64,000 nucleotides of DNA, taken from positions 1-64,000 of the IMG/VR virus record IMGVR_UViG_3300027917_000034. One strand, 5' to 3'. How positions within the stretch are numbered: the stretch's first letter is position 1; every line of letters begins with the position of its first letter. The DNA is from a virus. Below are positions 32,716-42,279 of this stretch, in pieces. The notes beneath the pieces are model-generated. The model saw only the letters and a program-made list of their open reading frames with translations, had not been told where the DNA came from and made no database searches. Both the position numbers and the translations under genes were made by a program.

Positions 32716-34113
32716 GTGGACCTGGACACCATCTTTGTCGCTAGTGCGCTGAAAGGCGGGCGAGCGGCTGTCAGACTGGCCATCGACAAGGGCGTGGATG
32801 AGGACTGCCTGGCTGGGCAGGGCCTCAAAGCCTGGCGGTTCGTTCTCGACTACCTGAAGCAGTACCACGACGTCCCCGATCCAGCGATGGTACAGGGGAA
32901 GACCGGCGTGAAGCTGGACGACCCTCCCCCCGGCACGCCACCGGAGTTTTACATAGACGAGGTGCTCAACCGCCGGCTCCACAATGCCATCGGGGCGCAA
33001 CTCTCAGAGATCGTCAAGCACTTCAAGGCTCGCGACCCACAGGCGGCCTACGCGGAGTACGAGGATGGGCTCCGGGAGCTACGGAAGCTGGGCACCCACG
33101 CCGCGAGGACGGTGAGCCTCCCCTCACTCGGGTCGGAATTCCTGGACTACTACGACAAACTCAAGGCCGGGTACCGGGGCATCCTCACCCCGTGGCCAAC
33201 GATCAATGAGGCGACTCTCGGCTTCTGGCCCGAGGATTTCGTCCTGTACGTCGCTCGCCTCGGGGTCGGCAAGACGTGGGCGCTGGCGATCATCGCGGAC
33301 AACGTGTGGACGGTACAGAAGAAGCGCGTTCTGTTCGCCACGACAGAGATGGCGCAACTGAAGATCATGCAGCGGTGGGTCGCCATCCACTTCAAGTACC
33401 CGTACAACGATCTTCGGAAGGGCCTTCTCTCCGCGTTCGCGGAACAGAAGATGCGCGACCGTCTGGGAGAGATGGCGAAAGAGGAAGGGCTCTATATCAT
33501 CGGCGGCGATTTCGACTTCAGGATCGAATCCCTGGAGGCGGCGATCGAAGAGGCCGAGCCCGACGTGGTGTTCATGGACGGTGCCTACCTCTTGAAGGTC
33601 AAGGGAGAGGGCCGGACCGAGAAGGCGGCCAACTCGTTCGATGAATTGAAGCGTGTGGCCAAGCGCAACCACCTCCCGCTCGTCGCCTCGACGCAATTCA
33701 ACCGCGAGGTGAAGGGGAACAAACTCTCCTCGGCAGGCCCCGAGAAGATCGCCCTCTCCGACGCGGCCGGATGGAACGCTGATCTCATCTTCGGGCTGGT
33801 GCGGACAGACGACATGAAGCGCGACAAGCGCATGGTCCAGCTACCCCTGAAATTCCGAGAGGGGGAGGGTGAAGAAATCGAGACGCATTGGGACTTCGAT
33901 ACGATGAATTTCGATGAGCTACCAAAGGGCGCTGCGGCGGCCGTAGCGGGCTCTGGAGGCGCCGGAGGCTCTGGGGGTGCCGGAGGCGGTCAGGCGGGCT
34001 CTGGAGGCGGCTCAGGGGCCTCTACGGGCGGTTCTGGACCGGACCCGGACCCCTATGGAACCGGGCTCCTGTTCGGGGACGATGACGATACGAAAGACCA
34101 GGTGCCTTTCTGA
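32716..34113 (+). CDS. dnaB: DnaB-like replicative helicase
   Basis: ARLGVGKT, 'TEM', 'STQFNR', 'ADLI', 'KFREG'. Confidence 0.9.
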   Translation: MDLDTIFVASALKGGRAAVRLAIDKGVDEDCLAGQGLKAWRFVLDYLKQYHDVPDPAMVQGKTGVKLDDPPPGTPPEFYIDEVLNRRLHNAIGAQLSEIVKHFKARDPQAAYAEYEDGLRELRKLGTHAARTVSLPSLGSEFLDYYDKLKAGYRGILTPWPTINEATLGFWPEDFVLYVARLGVGKTWALAIIADNVWTVQKKRVLFATTEMAQLKIMQRWVAIHFKYPYNDLRKGLLSAFAEQKMRDRLGEMAKEEGLYIIGGDFDFRIESLEAAIEEAEPDVVFMDGAYLLKVKGEGRTEKAANSFDELKRVAKRNHLPLVASTQFNREVKGNKLSSAGPEKIALSDAAGWNADLIFGLVRTDDMKRDKRMVQLPLKFREGEGEEIETHWDFDTMNFDELPKGAAAAVAGSGGAGGSGGAGGGQAGSGGGSGASTGGSGPDPDPYGTGLLFGDDDDTKDQVPF

Positions 34114-34574
34114 TGGCCAAAGCCGACATGCCGGTCCTGGTCAAGCACTGTGCGCTGGCGATCTACAAGTCGGGCTACTGCTCTGGCACCAAGGTCGAGA
34201 AGGTCCAGCAAGCGCTCCGAATCGCGGTGAGCCGGCTCGTGGAGTACGGCTTCCTCTGGAAGAATGCCGGCAAGGTGGCACCGGAGAAGATCAAACTCCG
34301 AGCCAAGGGCCAGAAGGCCGAGAGCCGGCACCGCCGAGAGAAGGGCGGGAAGGTCAAGACTGCGGAGTGGGACGCGCTCTACAAGTTGACGCAGGAAGAG
34401 GCAGAAGAGGACGAGGGTGCGGGGGCCACGTCGGACGACGCCGAGCCGGTAGCGGCGGAGCGGTACGAGAGCCGGCCCCAACAGAGACGACGCCGCCTGG
34501 CAAAGGCGGCCCGCTCGTCGGCACGCCGCATGCCCAAGAGGGTGAAGCGAGCCAAGCGAGCAAAGCGACGGTGA
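34113..34574 (+). CDS. basic hypothetical protein
   Basis: Coupled ORF. Confidence 0.65.
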   Translation: MAKADMPVLVKHCALAIYKSGYCSGTKVEKVQQALRIAVSRLVEYGFLWKNAGKVAPEKIKLRAKGQKAESRHRREKGGKVKTAEWDALYKLTQEEAEEDEGAGATSDDAEPVAAERYESRPQQRRRRLAKAARSSARRMPKRVKRAKRAKRR

Positions 34575-34578
34575 GGAC

Positions 34579-35643
34579 ATGGACGTTGGCGAGATCCGAC
34601 AATTCCTGCATGCGCTGGGATGCCAGAAGATTTCGGTCGGGACCAAGTGGGTGCGCTCCACATGCCCTATGGGGCACCTTCACGCGGGCGGAAAAGATCG
34701 GCAGCCCTCGTTCGCCATCTGCATAGACCCTGGCGACGAGAGCAACTGTCGGTGCCAGGCGTGCGGCATTTACGGCGGGCTCATCCCCCTCGTGTGGCGC
34801 ATCTCAGCCGATGGAAGGCGGCCACGGCCTGACCTGTTCGACTTCCTGGTCAAGCACAATCAGATGGACGTGGAGAAGCTGGACCTGGACCCACCGGAGC
34901 CGGCCCCGGACGACCTGGAGGGGCAGATACGAGCGGCGCGGAAGTACGTGCCCAACCCCAAGCGCAAGAGCAAATTCGTCCACCCGGACGACGAGCCCCA
35001 AGCCGAGGTTCCCGAGGACGTCCTACGGCAGATGATCGCGGACATGCCGGACTACGTGCTCGACTACCTGACCAGGAAGCCGGACCCGATCATGGGGGTC
35101 GATGGGAGGGGGTTGGAGCCGCTGACGATCGCGGAGTGGGAATTGGGGTGGCACAAGGTCAACCGGCGCGTCTGCATTCCCATCCGAGATGAGGACGGCA
35201 AACTCGTGGCGATCAGCGGGAGGGCATTCGAGGATCAACAGCCGAAGTACCTCCACAGCCGATTCAAGCGGGACCGCGTACTATTCGGGGAGCACAAGCA
35301 CGATGCGACCGTTCGCTCTGGCTCCCTGTTCGAGGGCTTCTTCCAGACCATCTACACGTGGCAGTACGGCTACGTGAACACCCTTGCTCGGATGGGCACG
35401 CACCTGAGTCGGCAGCAGTCCGAGAAGCTGGTCCGATGGTTCGATCACCTGCTCATCGTACCGGACGGAGATGCGGCCGGACGCAACTCGGCCGAGCAGA
35501 TACGGGACACCCTGGCAGCCCTCGAAATCGACGGTCACAGGATAGAGCAGATCGACATCGCTCCGATGCCGAACAAGAAAGACGCCGACACCCTGAAACC
35601 TGAGAAGTTGATAGAGGTTATGGGGCCTCGAAATAGCGCTTGA
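34579..35643 (+). CDS. dnaG: DNA primase (Zn finger plus TOPRIM)
   Basis: CP..H...PSF...C.AC; 'PKYL', 'EG', 'DGD.AG', 'KD'. Confidence 0.88.
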   Translation: MDVGEIRQFLHALGCQKISVGTKWVRSTCPMGHLHAGGKDRQPSFAICIDPGDESNCRCQACGIYGGLIPLVWRISADGRRPRPDLFDFLVKHNQMDVEKLDLDPPEPAPDDLEGQIRAARKYVPNPKRKSKFVHPDDEPQAEVPEDVLRQMIADMPDYVLDYLTRKPDPIMGVDGRGLEPLTIAEWELGWHKVNRRVCIPIRDEDGKLVAISGRAFEDQQPKYLHSRFKRDRVLFGEHKHDATVRSGSLFEGFFQTIYTWQYGYVNTLARMGTHLSRQQSEKLVRWFDHLLIVPDGDAAGRNSAEQIRDTLAALEIDGHRIEQIDIAPMPNKKDADTLKPEKLIEVMGPRNSA

Positions 35644-35668
35644 CAATCCCGGGGCTACCGGGTAGTTT
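35640..35668 (+). promoter_or_regulatory. sigma70-like promoter
   Basis: TTGACA-17-TAGTTT. Confidence 0.65.
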
Positions 35669-35716
35669 GCAAGATGCCGTGTAGGCAATGAGCGGCCTTG
35701 GGCCGGGAGGTGACAG

Positions 35717-36385
35717 ATGACGATCCGAACGAATTCCGTCCAGCAGTGCGACCGCTGCCTGAAACCATTCAAGGAAGCACACCTGAAAGCAGGGGACGCA
35801 GTGCCCGCTTTCAAACAGAAGGGCCTTGTCGTCACGGAGACGACTGGCACGAACAAGGAAGAGGAGCCGAAGTACACGGTCCTGTTCTCGTTCGATGACC
35901 TGTGCCCTGCCTGTGAGAAGGCGGTGGACGGGCTTCTCAAGAAGCTCCGTCTCGACGGCGCCACCGCGAAGAAGTCTCGGAAGCGACGATCGAAGAAGAA
36001 GACGGAAGAGACTCCGCCCAAGCCGCCGGAGTACACCGAAGATCCTCCGGCCGAGGCCGAGGCCGAGCCTGCCGAGGAGCCCCCGGCGGAGAAGCCGGGA
36101 CCGGATGGCGAGCCTGCCGCCTCCGAGGGCGAGCCCCAGGAGAGCCAGGAGTCCAAGGACACCACGGACGAGGATTTCGAGGAAGCCGCGAAGCAGACCG
36201 ACGCGGATGTGGCGGATGCCGAGGCGACGGAAAGCTCCGATGGTGGCAACGGAGCGGAAGCAGGTTCCGACGACAACCTCGTGGAAGACCCCGCTACCGG
36301 CGACAAGTACGACCCCGAGACCGGGGAAGTCGTGGTGCGAGGAGACAAGGGACAGAACGGGGCGCCGGAAAAGCACCCCTTCTAG
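35717..36385 (+). CDS. hypothetical protein (Zn finger plus acidic tail)
   Basis: CDRC...CPAC; Glu/Pro-rich C-terminal half. Confidence 0.7.
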   Translation: MTIRTNSVQQCDRCLKPFKEAHLKAGDAVPAFKQKGLVVTETTGTNKEEEPKYTVLFSFDDLCPACEKAVDGLLKKLRLDGATAKKSRKRRSKKKTEETPPKPPEYTEDPPAEAEAEPAEEPPAEKPGPDGEPAASEGEPQESQESKDTTDEDFEEAAKQTDADVADAEATESSDGGNGAEAGSDDNLVEDPATGDKYDPETGEVVVRGDKGQNGAPEKHPF

Positions 36386-36429
36386 GCCGGGTGGCCACAT
36401 AGCGATCACTGGATCGAGAGGAGAGAACC

Positions 36430-37233
36430 ATGGGTGACGGATCTTGGTACGAGACTGGTTTCGATGGGATCGGTGACGAGGAGCGGCGTCTGGACGAGGC
36501 GCAAGGCCCGCACCGGCTCTGGATTCCAGGCGGAGCGTCGAAAGACATCGTGTGGTGCGACGACGAGCCCGTGTGCATCCACGAGCACAACCCGAAGATG
36601 AACGGCAACTACCGCAACTGGCTCACCTGCCAGCAGGGAGTTTACGACGAGGTGGTGTGCTGCCAGAAGATCGGTCCGAAGGGCCGCTACTACGTCGGCT
36701 ACCTGACCGGCGTGGACTGCTCCGAGTGGAAGGATCAGCGAGGCAACACGCACCAGTACGAGATGCGGCTGGTTCCGATGAAGCTGCGCTCGCTCAAGAA
36801 ATTCCGCCGGAAGAAGGACGACCGGGGCTCCATGGTCGGGACCATGTGGTCCATGCACCGCGAGGACGACAACGCGGCGTCCATCGGAGACGATTGGGAC
36901 TTCCAGCGCGACGTGGACATGGAGAAGATGTTCGATTACGTCAACTATCGGGGGTCGCTCCTGTCCGAGATGTGGGAGCAGGCCGAAGGCGACCCCGAGC
37001 AGATGGCCCGCGTGCTGCGGATCTTCCAGATCAAGCCGGATGAGGAGGGCAAGCTCCCTCGCATCATCCCGCCGTTCAACTACATGGAGGTCTTGAAGCC
37101 GAAGACCCCGAAGGAGATGCGACTGCTTCTCGGCGCCGTCCAGGACGACGACGAGGACACGGGCAGCCGGCGCTCCTCGGGCTCGTCGGGTGGCGGGGGT
37201 GGGGCCGCGAAGCAGGACGACGTTCCCTTCTAG
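36430..37233 (+). CDS. phage single-stranded DNA-binding protein (gp32-like)
   Basis: Located in the replication block; Gly/Ser linker and acidic C-terminus DDVPF. Confidence 0.65.
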   Translation: MGDGSWYETGFDGIGDEERRLDEAQGPHRLWIPGGASKDIVWCDDEPVCIHEHNPKMNGNYRNWLTCQQGVYDEVVCCQKIGPKGRYYVGYLTGVDCSEWKDQRGNTHQYEMRLVPMKLRSLKKFRRKKDDRGSMVGTMWSMHREDDNAASIGDDWDFQRDVDMEKMFDYVNYRGSLLSEMWEQAEGDPEQMARVLRIFQIKPDEEGKLPRIIPPFNYMEVLKPKTPKEMRLLLGAVQDDDEDTGSRRSSGSSGGGGGAAKQDDVPF

Positions 37234-37266
37234 GCTCCCAAGGACGATGGTGATAGGGGCGTGTCT

Positions 37267-37374
37267 CCCGCGCCTTCCTCGGGTTGGCCATCCGAGGAGA
37301 AGCCGGTTGGCAGGGGGTAGCACAAAGGGCGCAAGCCCCCGCGCCTTCCACGGGTCGGCCAGCCGGGGAGAAGC
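37267..37374 (+). repeat. tandem 37-nt structured direct repeat
   Basis: CCCGCGCCTTCCTCGGGTTGGCCATCCGAGGAGAAGC and CCCGCGCCTTCCACGGGTCGGCCAGCCGGGGAGAAGC, 71 nt apart. Confidence 0.7.
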
Positions 37375-37535
37375 GGGATGCCGCAGGGGGCACTGGATTT
37401 GAAAATCGGGTAGGAGTCGAGGGCGAGGATCAGTGGTGGAGCAACCGCGCCATGGAGCGGCCACTCGGCCACCTCGCTAGCGGGGATTGCTGGGCGACTC
37501 CAGCGGTGGGTCCGGGTGGAGGCACCGCACTCATA

Positions 37536-37550
37536 GCGACCAGTGGTCGC
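37536..37550. promoter_or_regulatory. palindrome GCGACCAGTGGTCGC, copy 4
   Basis: Identical intergenic palindrome. Confidence 0.7.
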
Positions 37551-37561
37551 AGGTGAGAGGC

Positions 37562-37801
37562 ATGGACAAGACACCCAAACTCCAATTCGTTCGCGTGTAC
37601 CTCGGTGAGCAGCGTATGGACGTGGGACTCCACGATCCGACGCTGGACGACCCGCGCAGGCTCGTGAGGTACGAGTGGCACGAGAAGGATGCCACGGACA
37701 CCCCTCCGGAGGACTGGTACGCAACCGTTCTCGGGGAGGTGCAGTACCAACGGGGCCAGGAATTGAAGGCGGCGACGGGGCGTCTGGTACCGAGGGGGTA
37801 G
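37562..37801 (+). CDS. hypothetical protein
   Basis: GAGG RBS. Confidence 0.55.
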   Translation: MDKTPKLQFVRVYLGEQRMDVGLHDPTLDDPRRLVRYEWHEKDATDTPPEDWYATVLGEVQYQRGQELKAATGRLVPRG

Positions 37802-37804
37802 GGA

Positions 37805-39145
37805 GTGGACGTCACTATTGACGGGTGGGCTTGGCTGCCCAAGACCGATCTCACACCAGACCAGATCGTGAACATGGAGCGTATGCTCACGGTCCATCCT
37901 CAGAAGGTCGGGGACTATCCGGGCGACGAGCCCAAGCCGATCCCTCTCTACCAGCACGACGGGAAGCATCGGTTTGGTGTCCCTCGTGAATTCTTCTTCG
38001 CCAACAGGCGCCACGTTCATGATGTGGACCTCCAGGTGACGGAGGGCTCCAAGGACTGGTGGCCGGCGGAGTTTGTCGGCACCCTCCGGCCGGAGCAGAA
38101 GGTCGCCACGAACGAGGTGGTGTCCATGTTCCGGGCCGGGCGTCTCGGCGGCATCGTCCAGGCGAAGCCCGGGTGGGGCAAGACGGTGGCCGCGCTCGCC
38201 ATCGCTGCCGAGTTGGGGTTGCCCACGCTCGTCGTGGTCCACAAGGAATTCCTCATGGACCAGTGGACGGAGCGAATCGAGAAATTCCTTCCGGCGGCGA
38301 AGATCGGGCGTGTCCAACAGAACGAGTGCGACTTCCGAGGTAAGACGGTGGTGATGGGCATGGTTCACTCCCTCGGCGGAGACCAGCCCTACCCGGACGA
38401 CCTGTGGGAGTGGCCGGGACTGCTCATCGTGGACGAGTGCCACCGGATAGGGGCTCGCACGTGGGCGCCCGTGCCTCCGAGGTTCATGTCCAAGTACCGT
38501 CTCGGGTTCACGGCGACCCCGCGCCGCAAGGACGGCGCCGATGACGTCTTCTGGCAGCACATCGGGCCGATCGTGTTCGCCGGAAAAGAGGAGCGGCTAC
38601 GCCCCGTGATCAAGCGGGTGTGGACGAAATTCCGCCTCGTGAAGACGGACAGGTTCAACCCCCACCTGGCCCCGAAAGCTCTCATCACGCGGTTCCTGGT
38701 CAAGAGCCGGCACCGCAATGACCTGATCATCGACCAACTGATCGCTGCTCTGGAAGCCGGAAGGAAGATCCTGGTCCTGAGCGAACGCCTTCAACACCTG
38801 ACGGACCTGGAGGCCCAGCTTCGCAAGATGTGGCCAGCGGTGGCTGGGGCCATCTCAATCGGGCAGTACGTTGGCGGCCGGTCCAAGGCGCAACTCGAAC
38901 GGTCGGCCGAGGCCAAGGTCATCTTCGCGACGATCCAATACGCTGCCGAGGGGCTGGACATTCCGGCCCTGGACACGCTGTTCCTTACAACCCCCATGAG
39001 CGACGTGGAGCAGGCAGTCGGGCGCATACAGCGTCCCTTCCACGGCAAGAAAGACCCGATCGTGGTGGACTTCAGGGACGACGCTATCCCGATGTTCGAG
39101 GCGATGGGTCGGAAGCGGGATCGCTTCTACGTGAGGGTGACTTGA
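37805..39145 (+). CDS. superfamily 2 DEAD/DEAH helicase (UvsW-like)
   Basis: PGWGKT, DECH, TATP, EGLDIP and QAVGRIQR motifs. Confidence 0.92.
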   Translation: MDVTIDGWAWLPKTDLTPDQIVNMERMLTVHPQKVGDYPGDEPKPIPLYQHDGKHRFGVPREFFFANRRHVHDVDLQVTEGSKDWWPAEFVGTLRPEQKVATNEVVSMFRAGRLGGIVQAKPGWGKTVAALAIAAELGLPTLVVVHKEFLMDQWTERIEKFLPAAKIGRVQQNECDFRGKTVVMGMVHSLGGDQPYPDDLWEWPGLLIVDECHRIGARTWAPVPPRFMSKYRLGFTATPRRKDGADDVFWQHIGPIVFAGKEERLRPVIKRVWTKFRLVKTDRFNPHLAPKALITRFLVKSRHRNDLIIDQLIAALEAGRKILVLSERLQHLTDLEAQLRKMWPAVAGAISIGQYVGGRSKAQLERSAEAKVIFATIQYAAEGLDIPALDTLFLTTPMSDVEQAVGRIQRPFHGKKDPIVVDFRDDAIPMFEAMGRKRDRFYVRVT

Positions 39146-39176
39146 CAATCGGGGCCTATTTGGTAGAGGTTGGGGC

Positions 39177-39977
39177 ATGCCGCGCGCCCCGAAAGCTCAG
39201 GACTATTTCCAGGAGTGGTACGACGACAACCGCGAGGACTTGAACGAGCGGCGCCGGGCTCGCTACGCGACGGACCCGGAGTACAGAAGGAAGGTCCAGA
39301 AGTGGAATCGGGAGGCCCGGGAGCGGCGCAGGAAGGAATCCGAGAAAGAGGATCGGAAGGCGAAGCGAGCGGTGAAGATCAAGACGGCAGGGTCATGGAA
39401 GACGGTCGAAATCGAGGTGGATGGCGTCATGGTACGCATGTTCACCATCGGGGCTCTCGCGCGTGCGATAGGCAAGGGCATCTCGACCATCCGCGTCTGG
39501 GAGCGCAACGGCACCCTGCCGGAGACACCGTACCGATCGAAGAAGGGAGACCGTCTCTACACGCTGGAGATGGTCGAGTCGATCCAGAGCGCGCTCCGCA
39601 AGGCAGGAAAACTCGACATCGGTGTCCTCAAAGAGAGGAAGCGACCGGCCTACGTGGAGAAAGACGTCCGGTTCAAGGGGCGGAAGAAGCTGGTCCGGAT
39701 GCGGCTCTACAAGATCGGCACGCTGGCCAGGGCGGTCAACAGGACGGTGGTAGCTCTCACGCAGATGGAGAAGCGTGGTGTGCTGCCGAAGACGCCACTC
39801 GCGGCGTCCTCGCTGGAGTACCGGCTCTACACGCTCGACATGATAGAGGTCGTGCAGTCCGCGTTCGACAAGCGGGGAGGAGTGATCCGAGGGCAGTCCG
39901 AGTGGGAAGATTTCCACGATGAGATCGTGGATGGATGGACGAGGCTAGGAATCATGGACGCGAGGTTGGAAGAATGA
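39177..39977 (+). CDS. MerR-like HTH protein with two HTH repeats
   Basis: 'FTIGALARAIGKGISTIRVWERNG.LP...RLYT' is duplicated. Confidence 0.8.
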   Translation: MPRAPKAQDYFQEWYDDNREDLNERRRARYATDPEYRRKVQKWNREARERRRKESEKEDRKAKRAVKIKTAGSWKTVEIEVDGVMVRMFTIGALARAIGKGISTIRVWERNGTLPETPYRSKKGDRLYTLEMVESIQSALRKAGKLDIGVLKERKRPAYVEKDVRFKGRKKLVRMRLYKIGTLARAVNRTVVALTQMEKRGVLPKTPLAASSLEYRLYTLDMIEVVQSAFDKRGGVIRGQSEWEDFHDEIVDGWTRLGIMDARLEE

Positions 39978-40423
39978 AGGCAAAGCCGGTGAAAGACGAC
40001 CACCCGACCGCTGAAAAGCAGGTCGAACAGGACATGGCCGAGGTCGAGGAAGCGTTGGCCGACGCGGTGAGCGGGACGGTCGAGATGCGGCCGATCGTGC
40101 TTCGCGTGCGCCGCCAGTACAAGCACAGCGGCGATCTCGTCATCGACCCGGAGGAAGAGGTCGAGGAGATCCAGGTGCAGGACTTCCACGTGGACCCGGC
40201 GCATGCTGGCCTGCGTGTGAACCACACCTTGAACCTTGGCAACTTCTGGTCCCTGTCGGTCCAGGTATCGCTCGACGTGCCGTGCTACCGGGAGGAGTAC
40301 GCCGAGGCCATGAAGTTTGTGGCCAAGACGGTCGCGGACCGCCTGGGAACGGAAATCGAGAAGGGTCAGGAACGTGCTTCCGAGCTTCGCAAGTCGCGCG
40401 GCACCGGATCGAAGCTGTTCTAG
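39974..40423 (+). CDS. hypothetical protein
   Basis: Coupled ORF. Confidence 0.65.
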   Translation: MKAKPVKDDHPTAEKQVEQDMAEVEEALADAVSGTVEMRPIVLRVRRQYKHSGDLVIDPEEEVEEIQVQDFHVDPAHAGLRVNHTLNLGNFWSLSVQVSLDVPCYREEYAEAMKFVAKTVADRLGTEIEKGQERASELRKSRGTGSKLF

Positions 40424-40432
40424 GGAGGCACC

Positions 40433-41539
40433 ATGGCCAAGCAAGAGGACCGATTCAAGGCGCTCATGGCGAGCGACCTGATCGCGAAGATCCAGAAGAA
40501 GCACGGCAAGAGCATCCTGACGCCGGCCAGTGACTTCCACATCCGGCACATCCCACGCATCCCCACTGGCGTCTTCTTCCTGGACTACGCGCTCGGAGGT
40601 GGGGGGTTCCCTGCCGGACGCACGAACATCGTCTGGGGCCACAAGAGCACGGGCAAGACGGTCATCTGCCTGCGGGCTATGGGCAATGCTCAGAAGCTCT
40701 GCGCCAACTGCTACACGTTCCCCGACGAGGAGACGGGGAAGTGCCAGTGTGGGGACTTCCGCGAGACCATCTGCTCGTTCCTGGACGTCGAGGGCTCGTG
40801 GGATCAGGAGTGGGCGCAGCTACACGGGGTCAACACGGAGCGAGTGCTGCTCTCCGTCCCCGAGTACGCCGAGCAAACTCTGGACATCGCAGAGGCGCTG
40901 CTCCGGTCCGGAGACGTGGACTTCCTGGTCATCGACTCTCTGGCCTTCATGACCCCGGCGAAGGAGATCGAAGAGAGTGCCGGCAAGGCTCTCCAGGCCG
41001 AACAGGCGCGTGTCCTCGGGAGAGGCATCCGCAAATTCGGCGCCGCCTTGAACCACATGGGCAACGTGACGGGGAGGCGTCCGACGCTCCTGTTCACGAA
41101 CCAGATTCGGATGAAGGTTGGGCTCCTCTTCGGCAACCCGGAGACGCAGCCCGGGGGGTACGCGCCCGGGTTCTCCGCGACGACGGAGACCAAGACCTAC
41201 GGCGGCAAGTACGAGATGGACGACGTGACCGGGCGGCCGATCCATGTGGACATGAGCTACAGGGTCGAGAAAAACAAGTCGTCCGGCGCTAAGATCGAAG
41301 GCGAATGGCGGCTCATGCTCGCGGACACCTCGATCAAGAAGAAGGGCGAGGTCTACGAGGAGCCCGCCATGATAGAGATGGGGATCAAGATCGGGCTCGT
41401 GGAGAAGCAGGGGAATGGCTGGGTATGCCTCGGAGAGAAGTACAAGTCGAAATCTCTCCTGGTCAAGACGATGGTGGAGAACGCGGGCCTGAAGAAGCAG
41501 TACGGGGACACTCTGATGAGCGTCCTGACGGCGGGGTAG
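40433..41539 (+). CDS. recA: RecA/UvsX recombinase with Cys4 insertion
   Basis: IPTG...LD.ALG.GG.P.GR, GHKSTGKT, VIDSLA, NQIRMKVG..FGNPET.PGG, VEKNK. Confidence 0.93.
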   Translation: MAKQEDRFKALMASDLIAKIQKKHGKSILTPASDFHIRHIPRIPTGVFFLDYALGGGGFPAGRTNIVWGHKSTGKTVICLRAMGNAQKLCANCYTFPDEETGKCQCGDFRETICSFLDVEGSWDQEWAQLHGVNTERVLLSVPEYAEQTLDIAEALLRSGDVDFLVIDSLAFMTPAKEIEESAGKALQAEQARVLGRGIRKFGAALNHMGNVTGRRPTLLFTNQIRMKVGLLFGNPETQPGGYAPGFSATTETKTYGGKYEMDDVTGRPIHVDMSYRVEKNKSSGAKIEGEWRLMLADTSIKKKGEVYEEPAMIEMGIKIGLVEKQGNGWVCLGEKYKSKSLLVKTMVENAGLKKQYGDTLMSVLTAG

Positions 41540-41925
41540 ACGGCCCACGGCCGAAGGCGTTCGATCCCAACTATGACCGGGCGAAGAAGTCCACGCGAGA
41601 GGAGCGCAAGGTCGCGAAGCGTCTTGGCGGGCGCACCCACAAGCGATCTGGTGGTCTCCCATGGTCGAGGCACGACCCCACGACGGCGTGCGGCGACGTC
41701 ACTACTCCGGATCTTCACATAGAGCACAAGCGGGCCGAGCCCGACACCAAGTCGATAGGTGTGACTCGGGCCTGGCTCGCCAAGGTGAGCGAGGGAGCCC
41801 GGAGGCGCATGAAGACCCCGGCCATGGTGCTCCACTATGAGGGTGCCAAGGGGCACGCCGAGGACTGGCTCATGATGCCTTTGGACGTGGCGGAGCGGCT
41901 CCTGGCCGTCCTGAAAGAGGACTAG
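41536..41925 (+). CDS. PD-(D/E)XK Holliday-junction resolvase-like protein; start codon uncertain (possibly ATG 41425)
   Basis: 'ERKVAK.LGG....SG.......GDV......IEHK'. Confidence 0.7.
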   Translation, partial: VDGPRPKAFDPNYDRAKKSTREERKVAKRLGGRTHKRSGGLPWSRHDPTTACGDVTTPDLHIEHKRAEPDTKSIGVTRAWLAKVSEGARRRMKTPAMVLHYEGAKGHAEDWLMMPLDVAERLLAVLKED

Positions 41926-42279
41926 ATGACTGGCAAGCCGATGCTCCTGAGAGACCTTGAACGCCTGCGCCCGCACCTGCATGTGCCGGCCTTCGATCGG
42001 GTCCGAGTCCTCATCGCGGGGGACTCCGGCAATCTCCGTCTGGACCTGGAGTGCATTGCGTGTGAGGACTTGCTAGAATGGGACGCCTCCAAGGGATGGT
42101 GGGTCTGTCCAGGCTGTCAACAAGAGACGACAGACCGAGAAGGCGCGGCCCTACTCCGAGCCTGCTACAAGGGCCTCGGAGAGGTGCTGGGCGAGACGAC
42201 GGACGACGGCGAGACCGAGGATGAAGGGAAGGGTATCGGACGATGGGTACAGAAATTCATGGGGATCTCAAACCGCTGA
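41926..42279 (+). CDS. Zn-ribbon protein
   Basis: CIAC...CPGC. Confidence 0.6.
   Translation: MTGKPMLLRDLERLRPHLHVPAFDRVRVLIAGDSGNLRLDLECIACEDLLEWDASKGWWVCPGCQQETTDREGAALLRACYKGLGEVLGETTDDGETEDEGKGIGRWVQKFMGISNR

Noticed and set aside
33931-34050. Gly/Ser-rich low-complexity repeat in dnaB as an intein or mobile insertion
   Set aside because: It is a short flexible linker with no splicing motifs.
37320-37385. Resemblance of the tandem repeat to a c-di-GMP-I riboswitch
   Set aside because: It lacks the GGCAAA and GAAA tetraloop P1 features; kept only as an unassigned structured repeat.
19625-41538. Possible GTA start codons overlapping upstream TAG stops (19625 and 41536)
   Set aside because: Both genes have alternative in-frame GTG/ATG starts upstream (19589 and 41425); two cases are not enough to claim non-canonical initiation.
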